Assembly (NCBI GenBank): GCA_963822585.1
Contig: CAWGIE010000011.1
Coordinates: 128,001-192,000 of the forward strand
DNA: 64,000 nt
Origin: an uncultured bacterium
Lineage (GTDB): Bacteria > Auribacterota > Erginobacteria > Erginobacterales > Erginobacteraceae
Direction of reading: 5' to 3'
In this document: piece by piece, positions 30,106 through 40,282 of the stretch
How the letters are laid out: the number at the start of each line of letters is the position of its first letter
Numbering within the stretch: position 1 is the stretch's first letter
Notes under the pieces: model-generated
Told to the model about the DNA's origin: nothing
Databases searched by the model: none
The model's input: the letters and a program-made list of their open reading frames with translations, nothing else
Translations under genes and position numbers: made by a program

Positions 30106-30122
30106 GACTTTGACTATTACTC

Positions 30123-32751
30123 TTAAGGAGTTGGTCCTGGGGTGGGTGTTGGACTAACTAATTGTATATTCAAGTGAGCAACACCGGCGGAAAATTCTGC
30201 CCATGTGTAATTAGTATAACTTGTTCTTATAAGCAAGCCTAAAGCCCAACCGCTAGTCCAATTAGTAGAAAGTACTTCTTGAACCGGGGCAGTCACATCT
30301 AATGGCATCCAGCCAAGTTCACATTATCTCCCTGAATAATTTACTGTTCGATAATTATGCCATCTATACCATATATCACACTCAGAAGCATAATTAGGTG
30401 CATCTCTCTCTTCTCCATAAACACTTATTATAGGGGGGCCACCATCTTGAAGATCACTACAATATAAATATAATATTGCTGATTTAACTGCAGTTGGGGA
30501 TCCTATATCTACATTTTGAAACCGTAAGCCAGCAGCCGTTTGTCGACTCCATTGTACATTATGTTGTACGTAATAATAATCTATGCTATTACAGTCTAAA
30601 CACCATCCCCCAGATGTAAATTGGGCAAAACCTTCATCTTCAGGATCGATTATAGTATATATCCTATTCCCTATCGAAGTGGGGGAAGGAGTTGGAGGCG
30701 GGGTAGTGGTAGGAGTCAACGCCATTTGTGGAGAAGTACAACTAAAGAAACTGGCCGGATCTTCCTGAGTGCGATAACTGGTAAGGATCCAGTCATTGCT
30801 CCGGGCTATGCTGGAGAACCTCATCTCATCCAGGTTTCCTTTCCATTTGGTCACTCCGCCCCGGCCATTCCCCAGAAGGAGATCGAAGTTTCCGCCCGTA
30901 TCCAGACTCCCGGAGACTGACTGAGAAGCTTCCTCTACCCCATCTACCAGGATCTTAATGTTGCTCCCATCGTACTTAGCCACTACATAGTACCAAGTAT
31001 CCGCACCCAGATTCAGGCCGGAAGTAGTCAGAACCCGAAGGTTTCCGCTAATATGAAAATATGCCGATAGTTCGTCGTTGTCCTTCCCCAAAAAGCTATA
31101 GGCATAACTATAGTGGGTATCAAACAGACCCGGGAATGATGCTGCGTAGGGAATATCTTCCGGATTGATCCAGGTCTCCATCGTAATGTTAGTCGGCTTC
31201 AAGCTGCTATCATCGGTCACGGTGAAGAAGTCAGAAGAACCGTCCAAATCGTACGCTCCGTCTATCTCCCCTCCCGTGCTCGATGTCCACCCCGTATCTT
31301 GTTGCGAACGGCCGTTATTTCCTTCAACGGTTGAGTCGCCCACGGCAATGCCCATCCCCTCTCCCAGATGCCATACTCCATTAAAGTTCGAATCCCAGGT
31401 GTTGGTGATGTCCTGCTGATCGGAGGCACTGCTGTTCCCGTAATACATATAGAAGACCGTATCCGTCTGGGAAGAAAGCTGCGGCACGCTCACCCACGCT
31501 ATCAATTGGCCGGTCTGGGTATGGGAGTTATAATCCTCGATTTCATGGGACCATTTATCCTCCTTGTCTCCCGGCGCAAATAGGATGTCGTTGCCGCTGG
31601 TCTGTGCATACCAGAAGACCTGGCTCTGTGTCGGATTAAGCAATATTAGAACCGGGAAGAAACTCTGATCGGAAGGAACCCGGTCCGCATCTATAGTGAT
31701 CTTCTCCCGGTAGCCCCAATCGGTGAACCAGCCCGGAGTGGGAGTAGGCGTCGGTGTTACAGAAGGTATCGGCGACGGGGAGCCAGTGCCTCGTTTACTA
31801 CTTGTTTTGAGCATAAACACATTGGTCGTTAACTCTGATCCGCCTTCCTCTGCCTTCGCAATCTCTTCCGTATTCCCAAGCTTCGGCTCTGGTCCCCAGT
31901 AATATCCCGGCAGGGGAATGTCCACATCCCCTCCATAATAGAATTGGGTTATACCCCTGATAGCCCAAACTCCTCCGATGGGATTAAAAATCGTGAGATC
32001 ACTGATACCGGCCTCCAGATAATCTAAGGGAGATGGGATCGCTCCGGAATCACCGAAATAAACCCTGGTGAGATTCCTTATTAACCATAAACCGGAACTC
32101 TTCCGATATAGAGCAACCTCGGAAACGCCGTCCCCGTCATAATCACCAGGAATAGGCATATCCTCCTTACGGCCAAAATAGAGCCGGGTTGTCTCCCGGA
32201 TCGCCCACAGACCGGAAGCAGACCGAAAGATACCGATATCACTGCAGCCATCCCCATCAAAGTCACCGAGCACCGGAAAATCACCTTTCGCCCCGAACCA
32301 TTGGCTCTCGATTCCGTGTATTGCCCACATCCCCGTCTGGGGCCGGTATATAGCTATATCCCAAACTCCATCGCCGTCATAATCCCGAGCGATCGGAAGA
32401 TCGTCTGGCTGCCCGAAGTATTCCCGGGGTAATCCTCTCACCATCCACAGCCCTAAAGCTGAACGAAAAAGAGCAATATCAGTTGTCCCATCTCCATCAT
32501 AATCACCGGCAAATGGATAGTCCGATCCCAGACCAAAGGTAACAGTAGTGATGTCTCGAATATGCCAGGTCCCATCCACGGGCCGGAAGACGCAGATACT
32601 TCCAAGCCGTCTCCATCGAAATCCCTCCCGGGAGAAAAATCGAAGGAGGATCAGTATCACAAAAGGCTCTTTCACCAAGGAAAGGATAGGTTAAACAAAG
32701 CATTAACTCACATAGAACCAATGCGAGGATAAACAATCGTAAATATTTCAT
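30123..32751 (-). pseudogene. Disrupted secreted protein: signal peptide, six 40-aa FG-GAP-like repeats, PT linker, DUF2341-like, LamG, C-terminal beta domain
   Basis: Three ORF pieces join if single bases are restored at ~32624 and ~32599 (giving GDFDGDGLEDICVFRP) and the in-frame TAA at 30324-30326 is read through (YSGR*CELGWMPLDVT). Confidence 0.75.
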
Positions 32752-33158
32752 CTACTTATCCCATGTTCAATTTGAGCGTTTCAATTTGTAATGAGCTGCG
32801 ATAAAAGAGAAAAAAATCCCGAACGAGAATCCCCCGTTCGGGAATACACAGTATCTTATTTGGTACGGCGGCTATATTACAGAGTGGAGAATCAGCTTTG
32901 ATCACTCGATTCATGCCATCTCCAGATTGGAAATAATTCAATTAGGGAACCAAGGGCAGCATATGTACCGGGCTTTGAAAGGAAAAAAATGAAATATTTT
33001 CATTCTTGTCAACTATTATCTTGCATATTCGTTCAATATTAACAAAACAAGAACTTGAACATTATATAATTCACTGCTTTCAGCAATCGCACGGCGAATT
33101 CCTGTATCTGTTCCCGGATATTGAAGAGAATCTTCCCTGGAACTAAAATACACTACGC

Positions 33159-33196
33159 ATTAGACAAATCGTTTCGATCGAAACGATTTGTCTAAT
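33159..33196. repeat. 38-bp perfect loopless palindrome
   Basis: ATTAGACAAATCGTTTCGA|TCGAAACGATTTGTCTAAT. Confidence 0.9.
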
Positions 33197-33402
33197 ACGC
33201 TCATGGTTAAAAGCATGAGAAGGATCCGGAATGCGGCGGCGGAATGAGGGGGTAAAAATATCGGTTGGGGGGTACAGACGGAGTACGATAGCTACTGAAC
33301 TGATTCACCCACGGGCAAACCCGTGAGGGTCTTTGGTTGCTGGGTGCTTTGTAGCTGATAAACAAATTCACCCACGACGTGAGAAAGCCGATACGACCGG
33401 CC

Positions 33403-33472
33403 TTAACCCGATTTATGCCAGCCTACCGGCAATGAATTACAGCCAGATGGCTCATTCTGGCGGCAATCTTAA
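33403..33472 (-). mobile_element. TTAA-bounded small element, internally shortened, inverted copy
   Basis: Reverse complement shares TGGCTGTAATTCATTGCC with 35108 and 58632, and the ATAAATCGGGTTAA end with 58632. Confidence 0.6.
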
Positions 33473-33498
33473 CCGAAAGAATAACCAGGAACTGCGAT

Positions 33499-33951
33499 TC
33501 AGTTACGATTCGTTGCCGTGCCAAGCGGCAAGCCCATCAATTCAGCCCCTTGCCGCATACGCCGGTCTGTCGTGATAATTTCACTGCATTTGGCCGTCAG
33601 AGCCGTGCCCAGGTGAATTCCATCGAGCGTTCGGAGCATCACGGGAGGCTTCCGCTTATAACAGCGCCGCGCGATTTCAACAGCTTGAGCAAATACATCA
33701 TGTCCAACAGCCAGCAGCACCAGACGTCCTTTTTCAACATCGGCGCGAAACTTTTGGTGCAGCCGATCGGCCCATCCCATTTTGATATAGCCGCGAATCT
33801 CCTTCTGGCAAAGAGCATAGAACAACTCCGTATCGAGCACCTCGCTTGAAAAAAGAGGTCCACTGGATTCATCAGCCATGCTCAGATAGACTCCGGAGTC
33901 ATCTTCCGGTGTGTAAAGCTTAAGCACACAAGAAGTGTCCCAATAGATCAA
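33499..33951 (-). CDS. vapC: VapC/PIN-domain toxin
   Basis: TTG start overlapping the antitoxin TGA; IYWDTSCVLK, LRTLDGIHLGTA, ITTDRRM. Confidence 0.88.
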   Translation of the reverse strand: MIYWDTSCVLKLYTPEDDSGVYLSMADESSGPLFSSEVLDTELFYALCQKEIRGYIKMGWADRLHQKFRADVEKGRLVLLAVGHDVFAQAVEIARRCYKRKPPVMLRTLDGIHLGTALTAKCSEIITTDRRMRQGAELMGLPLGTATNRN

Positions 33952-34199
33952 GAGCGTTCCTCCCGAAGCTGATCCAGGATTGCCTGGGAACCGGCAATTC
34001 TCTTTCCCGCGCTGCACTTACGATGCAATGATTTCAGCTCCTTTTTCCAACCGGCCATGTCGACAGCCGACAGCGCATGAATTGCCGAGAGTCTTGCCTT
34101 GGGTTTTCCTCTCACGGTGATGATCACCTCTTCGCCGGTTTGCGCCAAAGCTATCAAGGCGCTCAGCTTCGTTTTGCTTTCTCTCAGAGTTGTTATCAT
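33948..34199 (-). CDS. Phd/YefM family antitoxin
   Basis: MITTLRESKTKLSALIALAQTGEEVIITVRGKPKARL; directly upstream of the PIN gene. Confidence 0.9.
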   Translation of the reverse strand: MITTLRESKTKLSALIALAQTGEEVIITVRGKPKARLSAIHALSAVDMAGWKKELKSLHRKCSAGKRIAGSQAILDQLREERS

Positions 34200-34317
34200 G
34201 TGACCAATGTAGTGCGATTCCCCGGCGCAAGTCAACATATTTTCGTTCGATATTCCACCAATATCGTCCATCGATCACAACGACGATATGACTCCCTGTA
34301 TCCAACTTATTAACGCG

Positions 34318-34347
34318 AAAGAACCGCCTCAGGGAGGCGGTTCTTTT
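34318..34347 (-). terminator. Intrinsic terminator downstream of tRNA-Gln (possibly bidirectional)
   Basis: AAAGAACCGCCTC-AGG-GAGGCGGTTCTTTT. Confidence 0.75.
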
Positions 34348-34348
34348 A

Positions 34349-34419
34349 CTGCGGGACCAGGATTCGAACCTGGACTAAGTGATCCAGAGTCACCCGTCCT
34401 ACCATTAGACGATCCCGCA
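34349..34419 (-). tRNA. tRNA-Gln(CTG)
   Basis: TGCGGGATCGTCTAATGGTAGGACGGGTGACTCTGGATCACTTAGTCCAGGTTCGAATCCTGGTCCCGCAG; U1-A72, anticodon CTG. Confidence 0.95.
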
Positions 34420-34444
34420 TAAAATTTTTCTTCGAAAAATTTTA
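34420..34444. repeat. AT-rich mini-palindrome, copy 2 (in the tRNA-Gln leader)
   Basis: TAAAATTTTTC-TTC-GAAAAATTTTA. Confidence 0.8.
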
Positions 34445-34447
34445 GTT

Positions 34448-34476
34448 AAACTATCATGCCATAATTGATAAATCAA
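34448..34476 (-). promoter_or_regulatory. Probable sigma70 promoter of tRNA-Gln
   Basis: TTGATT-N17-TAGTTT on the minus strand. Confidence 0.55.
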
Positions 34477-34523
34477 GCCGCATGACGCCGGATTAATACC
34501 ATCCCACCTCGATCTTCCCTCCG

Positions 34524-35084
34524 TTATTCCGCCACCGGTTCTCCCGGGGGGACCTCGTCCTCGGCCAGTTTGGCGATATAGGGCAGGTGACGAAAACGAT
34601 CCCGGTAATCCAGGCCGTATCCATAGATAAAAACATCGGGGATCGTGAAACCGATATAATCCGCCTCGACGGCGATAATCCTCTTCGCCTCCTTCCGCAA
34701 GAGAACGCAGATCTTGACCGACCGCGGGTTGAATTTCTGAAGATGCTCTTTGACCCAGCCCAGCGTCCGGCCTGAATCAAGGATATCATCCACCACCAGG
34801 ACGTCCTTGCCCTGGATATCGATGCTGATCTCCTTCTCCAGGGTGACCATCCCCAGAGACGTCCGGGAATAGCCGTAACTGCTGACCCCGATGAAGTCAA
34901 AGGCCAGTGGCCGGGAAAAGCCCCGGACCAGGTCGGCCAGGAAGAGGACACTTCCCTTCAGCACGGCCACCACCACCAGGTCCTTGCCCCGGTAATCCCT
35001 CTCGATGGCCGTCACCATCCGGGTGATCCTCCGGCGGATCTCCCGGGAAGAGAAGAGAACATGGGCCGTTTTTTTTTCTTTCAC
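34524..35084 (-). CDS. hpt: Hypoxanthine phosphoribosyltransferase
   Basis: VLKGSVLFLADL, VSSYG, VLVVDDILDSGRTL, GYGLDY. Confidence 0.95.
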   Translation of the reverse strand: MKEKKTAHVLFSSREIRRRITRMVTAIERDYRGKDLVVVAVLKGSVLFLADLVRGFSRPLAFDFIGVSSYGYSRTSLGMVTLEKEISIDIQGKDVLVVDDILDSGRTLGWVKEHLQKFNPRSVKICVLLRKEAKRIIAVEADYIGFTIPDVFIYGYGLDYRDRFRHLPYIAKLAEDEVPPGEPVAE

Positions 35085-35107
35085 TGCGATTCTTTTCCCG
35101 GTAATGG

Positions 35108-35264
35108 TTAACGTTGCCGGCAGAAGTAGATCTTTGGCTGTAATTCATTGCCAAAGAATTTGATAAAATTAATGTCTTTTCGTGTAGCTGTTCAATGAAG
35201 CGTGGTCATGGTTCAAAACTAACTCGATTGCGGCCTGTCGCTCGACAGGCCGCAATCGAGTTAA
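35108..35264 (+). mobile_element. TTAA-bounded small element ending in a palindrome with 21-bp arms
   Basis: About 120 bp clearly homologous to 58632-58752; ends TAACTCGATTGCGGCCTGTCG-CT-CGACAGGCCGCAATCGAGTTAA, overlapping the rubredoxin stop. Confidence 0.7.
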
Positions 35265-35422
35265 TCGGCTTCCTCGAACTGATCCTTGCCCACGCCGCAG
35301 ACCGGGCAGACCCAGTCGGCCGGGAGATCCTCGAAAGCCGTTCCCGGTTCAACCCCGCCGTCAGGGTCTCCCTGTTCAGGATCATAGATATAACCGCAGA
35401 CCGTACATTGCCATTTTTTCAT
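35261..35422 (-). CDS. Rubredoxin (53 aa, below the ORF-track cutoff)
   Basis: [61 protein letters not shown] ribosome-binding site. Confidence 0.96.
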   Translation of the reverse strand: MKKWQCTVCGYIYDPEQGDPDGGVEPGTAFEDLPADWVCPVCGVGKDQFEEAD

Positions 35423-35551
35423 CGTTTTTCTCCTCCTGTTGGGGGTTGCCAGAGATCTTTCTCTTCACAATGACGATTCAACCTATTTTATGCTTTTCTC
35501 GGTAATTTTTGCTTCCTCTTCCCGGTCGCGACCGGGAAGAGGAAGCAAAAA

Positions 35552-36681
35552 TTAACCGGAGAAGTCCTTTAAGATCTCCTTCTGCTTCGAGCTCAGTTTC
35601 CGGGGTATGGTCACATCGACGGTAACGAATAAATCTCCCTTCCTGGTTGTCCCCGGTTTGGGCGCCCCCTGCTTCTTCAGCCTGAGAACGGTACCCGGCT
35701 GCGTCCCCGGAGGGATCTTCAGAGTAGCCTCCCCGGTCAAAGTCCGAACGGCGGCCGATCCCCCCAGAGCGGCGGTGGCCATATCGACCGAAACATGCGT
35801 GTAAAGGTCGGCGCCTTTCCGGGAAAAAAACGGGTTTTCCCCGACGGCGATCGTAAGGATCAGGTCGCCGGGAGACCCCCCTCCGGGGCCCGGTTCCCCC
35901 TGCCCTCTCAGACGGATCTTCGCTCCCGAAGAAACCCCGGCCGGGATCTTGACCGCCACTTTTCTGGTGACCGGGGCCACTCCGTTGCCGCCGCAGCGGG
36001 GGCAGGGGTGCTGGATGATCATCCCTTTCCCGTAACAGCGGGGACAGGGCCGGCTGATGCCGAACCCTCCCTGGGCCATGGTAACCGTGCCGGTGCCGTG
36101 GCACTGGGGGCAGACTTCAGGGGTGCTCCCCGCCGCGGCCCCGGAACCTCCGCAATCGGGGCAATTCTCATGGCGCTGTACGGTAAGCCGCACTTTCCCT
36201 CCCCGTATCGCCTGATCGAAGGTGATCGCCACCGCAGCCGAGAGGTCCTTGCCCCGCTGGGGAGCGGAGCGGGCCTGGCGGAAATGCTCCCCCTGATCCA
36301 TGAACTGGCTGAAGATATCCCCCAGCCCCCCGAGGCCGCCGAGATCTTCATAGTGAACGGTCCTTTCTCTCCCCCCCCTCCCCGCGCGGCCTGCCGGAAG
36401 AGATCGTTCAGATCGAAACCGGCGCCGCTGAAGTCAAACCCCCCGGGACGGAATCCCTGGGAGAATGCCTCCTTCATCTGATCGTACTGCTTCCGCTTCT
36501 TCTCATCCCCCAGGATATCGTAGGCCTGGGAGATCTCCTTGAAGTGTTCTTCCGCCTGCTTGTCGCCGGGATGAGTATCCGGATGGCATCCCTTGGCCAG
36601 CTTCCGGTAGGCCTTCTTGATCTCCGCCGCGGAGGCCGATTTCGAGACTCCGAGAATTTTATAATAGTTCTTCTGGTCCAT
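35552..36681 (-). CDS. dnaJ: Chaperone DnaJ, split by a frameshift in a G8 run (36371-36378)
   Basis: J domain with HPD in the upstream [12 protein letters not shown], four CxxCxGxG repeats and C-terminal domain in the downstream frame; adding one G gives 376 aa. Confidence 0.9.
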
Positions 36682-36708
36682 TTAAAATTTTCCTTCGGAA
36701 AATTTTAA
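36682..36708. repeat. AT-rich mini-palindrome, copy 3 (abuts the dnaJ ATG)
   Basis: TTAAAATTTTCC-TTC-GGAAAATTTTAA. Confidence 0.8.
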
Positions 36709-36721
36709 GAAGTTAAATGCA

Positions 36722-36749
36722 ACATTAACAAAACAGTACCGTTTGTCAA
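36722..36749 (-). promoter_or_regulatory. Probable sigma70 promoter of dnaJ
   Basis: TTGACA-N16-TAATGT. Confidence 0.5.
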
Positions 36750-36804
36750 GCTGTCCGCGCCGGCCGTCGTGGTTACTCGACTTTTCCCTTCCGGCGGATC
36801 GCCG

Positions 36805-38613
36805 TCATTCGCCCCCCGTGACCCTCGCATTTGATTTTCGATGGGTCAGGAGATCAGTCAATCTGTCAATGATCTGTTGATTATCGGGGAGAATGGCATA
36901 CGCCTTGCTCATAGCGTCCAGGGCCTTATCCATCTTCCCCCCTTTCTCATAGGTCAGGGATAAGTTATACCAGGCCTCCGGACTGTTCTTCCAGTATTCC
37001 AGAGCCTGTTTGAACATGGCTTCCGCTTCTGACAGATTCCCCTGATTGCCGTAGAGGACGCCTCGATTTAAATACGCCTCGCTCAGGCCCCGGTTAATTT
37101 TCAGCGCTTCCCGGTAAACCTGAGACGCACGGCTATACTCTCCTTTGTCAAAGAGGGAATAAATAGATTTTTCGACCCGGTCCTGAAAAGCGTGAAATTC
37201 ACTGTCATATTCGCCTTTCTCGGTTAAAGCGATAGACCAAATCAGATAAATATCCATAAAGTCGGGCTTGATCTGCAATGCCCGGCGAATATATTCCAGG
37301 GCGTCGTCGATCTTTCCTTCCTTAACCTTTTTTATGGCGGCGTTGTTGTAGGCACGGAGCATAAATATTTCAATCACCGGGGAGTGGGGATAACGATCAT
37401 AGGCCCGGCGGGTCAAGCCGACGTCCTGGTCCCAGAGTCCGGTGTATTGAACCGTCCGGACAATGAGAAAGCCGGTCCAGACACCGGCGAGCACGGCCGC
37501 CGGCCACCGGAAACGGCGGGAATCCCACCCCCTGACGATGACCCAGGCCACACCCAGAAGAAGCGGGATAATCACTATATGCAGGTACCGGTCCGCCAGA
37601 ACGGTGGCGCCGGAACGGACCAGGCCACCGTTGGGAAGGAGGGTGGCGATAAAAATGAGCGCCCCGCTGATGAAGGCGGGATTCTTTTTCCGTTTTATTA
37701 CCGCCCAGATAAAAAATCCGATAATGATCAGAGCGGAGAAGATAATGAGACGGGGATTGTCCGTCAGATCGAGCGGATAAATAGGGAGCAGGACCCGGGG
37801 GAAGATCGTCTTCCAGAGATAAAACCCGATCACGGCCGGGAATTCAAGCAGGTTATGGAGCACCGAAGCCACCCCGGCGGGATGCATGATCCCGACCTGG
37901 CGGCGGATCTGGATAATTTTAACCGTCGTCAGCAGGGCAATGATCAAGAAGGGGACCTTTTCCGCCAGGTTACGCTTCCAGGCTTCTCTCCGAAAACGCC
38001 GCAGAGGATAGTAATCCAGGATCAGGAGCACCAGCGGCAGCGAAACCGAAAAGGGTTGGGAAAGAGCCGCGCCCAGAGCGCAGAAGATTGCCAGGAGGTA
38101 CCATTTGAAGGCAGCGGAACCGTCCCATTTCAGATACATGAGGACACTGAGCAGGTAGAAGCAGGCGCAGATAATGTATTCCCGGGGGGTGATCCAGGCC
38201 ACCACCTCCACCTTCAGGGGATGGACTCCGAACAAGAGAGCGACCAGCCCGGCGACCGCGAGCCGGCGGGAGGAGGGGCAGCCGGCCCGGGCCATCACTC
38301 TCTCCAGGACCAGGAAAACCAGCGCGACATTGATCAAGAAGAAGAGATAGCTGGTCAGATGATGGCCGAAGGGGTTGAACCGCCAGAACGTGTAATCAAA
38401 GGAATTGGTCAAGAGGCGGATCGGCGTGTACTCGGCTTCGACGATTTCCGTGAACGCCCGGGTGAAGAGACTGAAGGAGAACTCGCTTTGGAACGGGTTC
38501 TGAAAAACGTGAATCAGGTCCCAGAATAAGTTGAACCCCAGAAAAAGGCTCCCGCTCTGCACCAGGGCAGTAATTCCTAGTACCAAGGCAAGGATAATCA
38601 CCTTCTTCTTCAT
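36805..38613 (-). CDS. TMTC-like GT-C membrane protein with C-terminal TPR repeats
   Basis: YTPIRLLT, FGVHPLKVEVVAWI, LADRYLH, TPR repeats (AYLNRGVLY, AWYNLSLTY). Confidence 0.85.
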   Translation of the reverse strand: MKKKVIILALVLGITALVQSGSLFLGFNLFWDLIHVFQNPFQSEFSFSLFTRAFTEIVEAEYTPIRLLTNSFDYTFWRFNPFGHHLTSYLFFLINVALVFLVLERVMARAGCPSSRRLAVAGLVALLFGVHPLKVEVVAWITPREYIICACFYLLSVLMYLKWDGSAAFKWYLLAIFCALGAALSQPFSVSLPLVLLILDYYPLRRFRREAWKRNLAEKVPFLIIALLTTVKIIQIRRQVGIMHPAGVASVLHNLLEFPAVIGFYLWKTIFPRVLLPIYPLDLTDNPRLIIFSALIIIGFFIWAVIKRKKNPAFISGALIFIATLLPNGGLVRSGATVLADRYLHIVIIPLLLGVAWVIVRGWDSRRFRWPAAVLAGVWTGFLIVRTVQYTGLWDQDVGLTRRAYDRYPHSPVIEIFMLRAYNNAAIKKVKEGKIDDALEYIRRALQIKPDFMDIYLIWSIALTEKGEYDSEFHAFQDRVEKSIYSLFDKGEYSRASQVYREALKINRGLSEAYLNRGVLYGNQGNLSEAEAMFKQALEYWKNSPEAWYNLSLTYEKGGKMDKALDAMSKAYAILPDNQQIIDRLTDLLTHRKSNARVTGGE

Positions 38614-38644
38614 AATTAAAAAATACTCTTCGGCGTGACTTTTA

Positions 38645-38740
38645 ACCTCGAAGGTCACGAAGGGATAAAATAATAGAACTAGTATTTCAAGTCTTACTAT
38701 TTTTCTTCTTATTCTTCGTGCTCTTCGTGATCTTCGTGGT
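38645..38740. repeat. Element with inverted (CACGAAGnn) arms, copy E
   Basis: ACCTCGAAGGTCACGAAG ... CTTCGTGCTCTTCGTGATCTTCGTGGT. Confidence 0.8.
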
Positions 38741-38796
38741 GATTATCTGTTTTTGAAAAGTGTTATAGTTTTGAAGAAGGTCATTCTCTAAATGAG

Positions 38797-40203
38797 TCAG
38801 AGACGGAAGTCGACATTGCAGGTCGCACCGGTCTTTTGCACCTTCACCGTCTTTACCAGATCGTGGTCAGGGATTCCCACCCGGTACTCCCCTTCCCCCA
38901 TCAGGAGCCGGGAAAGCCGGTAGTAGCCGGCCGTGTCCGTTGTGTCGGAGGCCAGCAGCTTCCCGGCGGAGCGGCCCTCTACCGTGACTCCCTCGAGCGG
39001 GTTTCCTTTTCCATCCAGCACCCTCCCGGAAACGGCGACGACCCGGTCCCGGATGATATGAAGATAGATCTCGCCGAAGCCCGTGTAGGGATACCCCCCG
39101 GTATAGAGAGTGCCGCTCGCGCTGTGGTCCCGGGTGGTGGGCGGGGCGGAAGCGAGGGGTTCGATGGCGGTATCTTCATTCCACTCGTTCCAGGAGGTGA
39201 TCATGATCAGGGGGACTTCCGGGTCCACATAAGGGATTCCCAGCCGGTCGAAGAGCATCGAGAAGAGTGACCCGGCCCCGGCGGCCGCATCCCATAACCG
39301 GGGGATAATGTAATGGTCCCGGCGATTGCGCAGGGGCCGGTCATTGTAGCCGGGGATCAGGTCCGGTATGAAGACGACATCATCGCCGCAGGCAGCCCGG
39401 TATCTATCGTACATCTTTTCCACCTCCGGGATGTATCTGCTCGAGGCGGCATATCCCTCATGTCCCGATTTCTCGGTCTCATACATATTATAGGCGGTAA
39501 TGCCGTCGAAAAGCTCGATCCTTCCCCTCTGCGGGGTTTCGACCCATCGCGGGGAATTATCACTCTCTCCCTCCTCGGCGGTTACCCGCCAGAACATCTC
39601 ATCGGCGATAATAAACGGATCGACCCCCCGGGCCCGAAGCGCCTGACGGGCCCGGGAAATCGCTTTCCGGGTGTCTCCCGCGAAGTTCCTGGTCAGATAG
39701 AGAAAAACAACCGGACGGCCGTCGATCCGCAGGTAGTCGGGGCGTCGGAAATAGGTCGTGGAGAAACCGAGCAGGTCCGAGACAAACCGATCGATCTTTT
39801 CATCGGTCCAGATAACCGCTCCGGAAGCCCGGTCGACGCCCAGGGCCTGGGTTTCGTAAAAAATACACCAGCTGATGTCTCCGATATTCTTCGCCCGCAG
39901 AAAACCCTTATCCAAGACTTCATTCTGGCGCGGACGGGAGGGCCACCAGTCGACCACCAGGAAGTCGATCCCGTAGCGGGAACACCAGGCGATGTGCCGT
40001 TCGGCGACCTTCGGATCTCTGGAATCATAGATCCCCAGGACCGGTTCCTGGGGCGGATCAAGGTACCCGCGGAGGTATCCTTTTTTCTGAAAGTTGTAGG
40101 GGAACCAGAGATAGTAATAGGCCCCGATCAGGTACTGCTTCGGCGGCGCCTGTCCGCAGCCGGCGATCAAGACAACCAGCAAGAAATATTTTATTATTGA
40201 CAT
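38797..40203 (-). CDS. Lipoprotein with a GH99/GH71-like domain and a C-terminal carboxypeptidase-regulatory-like domain
   Basis: Lipobox LIAGC; GAYYYLW, PVLGIYDS, PGYND, ITSWNEWNEDTAIEP; VSGRVLDGKGNPLEGVTV. Confidence 0.8.
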   Translation of the reverse strand: MSIIKYFLLVVLIAGCGQAPPKQYLIGAYYYLWFPYNFQKKGYLRGYLDPPQEPVLGIYDSRDPKVAERHIAWCSRYGIDFLVVDWWPSRPRQNEVLDKGFLRAKNIGDISWCIFYETQALGVDRASGAVIWTDEKIDRFVSDLLGFSTTYFRRPDYLRIDGRPVVFLYLTRNFAGDTRKAISRARQALRARGVDPFIIADEMFWRVTAEEGESDNSPRWVETPQRGRIELFDGITAYNMYETEKSGHEGYAASSRYIPEVEKMYDRYRAACGDDVVFIPDLIPGYNDRPLRNRRDHYIIPRLWDAAAGAGSLFSMLFDRLGIPYVDPEVPLIMITSWNEWNEDTAIEPLASAPPTTRDHSASGTLYTGGYPYTGFGEIYLHIIRDRVVAVSGRVLDGKGNPLEGVTVEGRSAGKLLASDTTDTAGYYRLSRLLMGEGEYRVGIPDHDLVKTVKVQKTGATCNVDFRL

Positions 40204-40224
40204 TGAAAACCGAGGAACTAACCA

Positions 40225-40282
40225 CACTTTAGGTATTTTAGGCACTTTAGGCACTTTAGGCACTTTAGGCACTTTAGGCACT
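40225..40282. repeat. 9-bp tandem repeat (CACTTTAGG)x6
   Basis: Direct reading; one degenerate unit (TATTTTAGG). Confidence 0.92.

Noticed and set aside
28100..34350. Prophage or active integrative element at tRNA-Gln
   Set aside because: No integrase, phage gene or att duplication found by eye; kept only as a possible old island.
36682..36750. CIRCE element upstream of dnaJ
   Set aside because: The palindrome does not match TTAGCACTC-N9-GAGTGCTAA.
40204..40281. PKV-repeat N-terminus on the glycoside hydrolase
   Set aside because: It is a translation of the 9-bp DNA repeat; the lipoprotein signal starts at ATG 40203.
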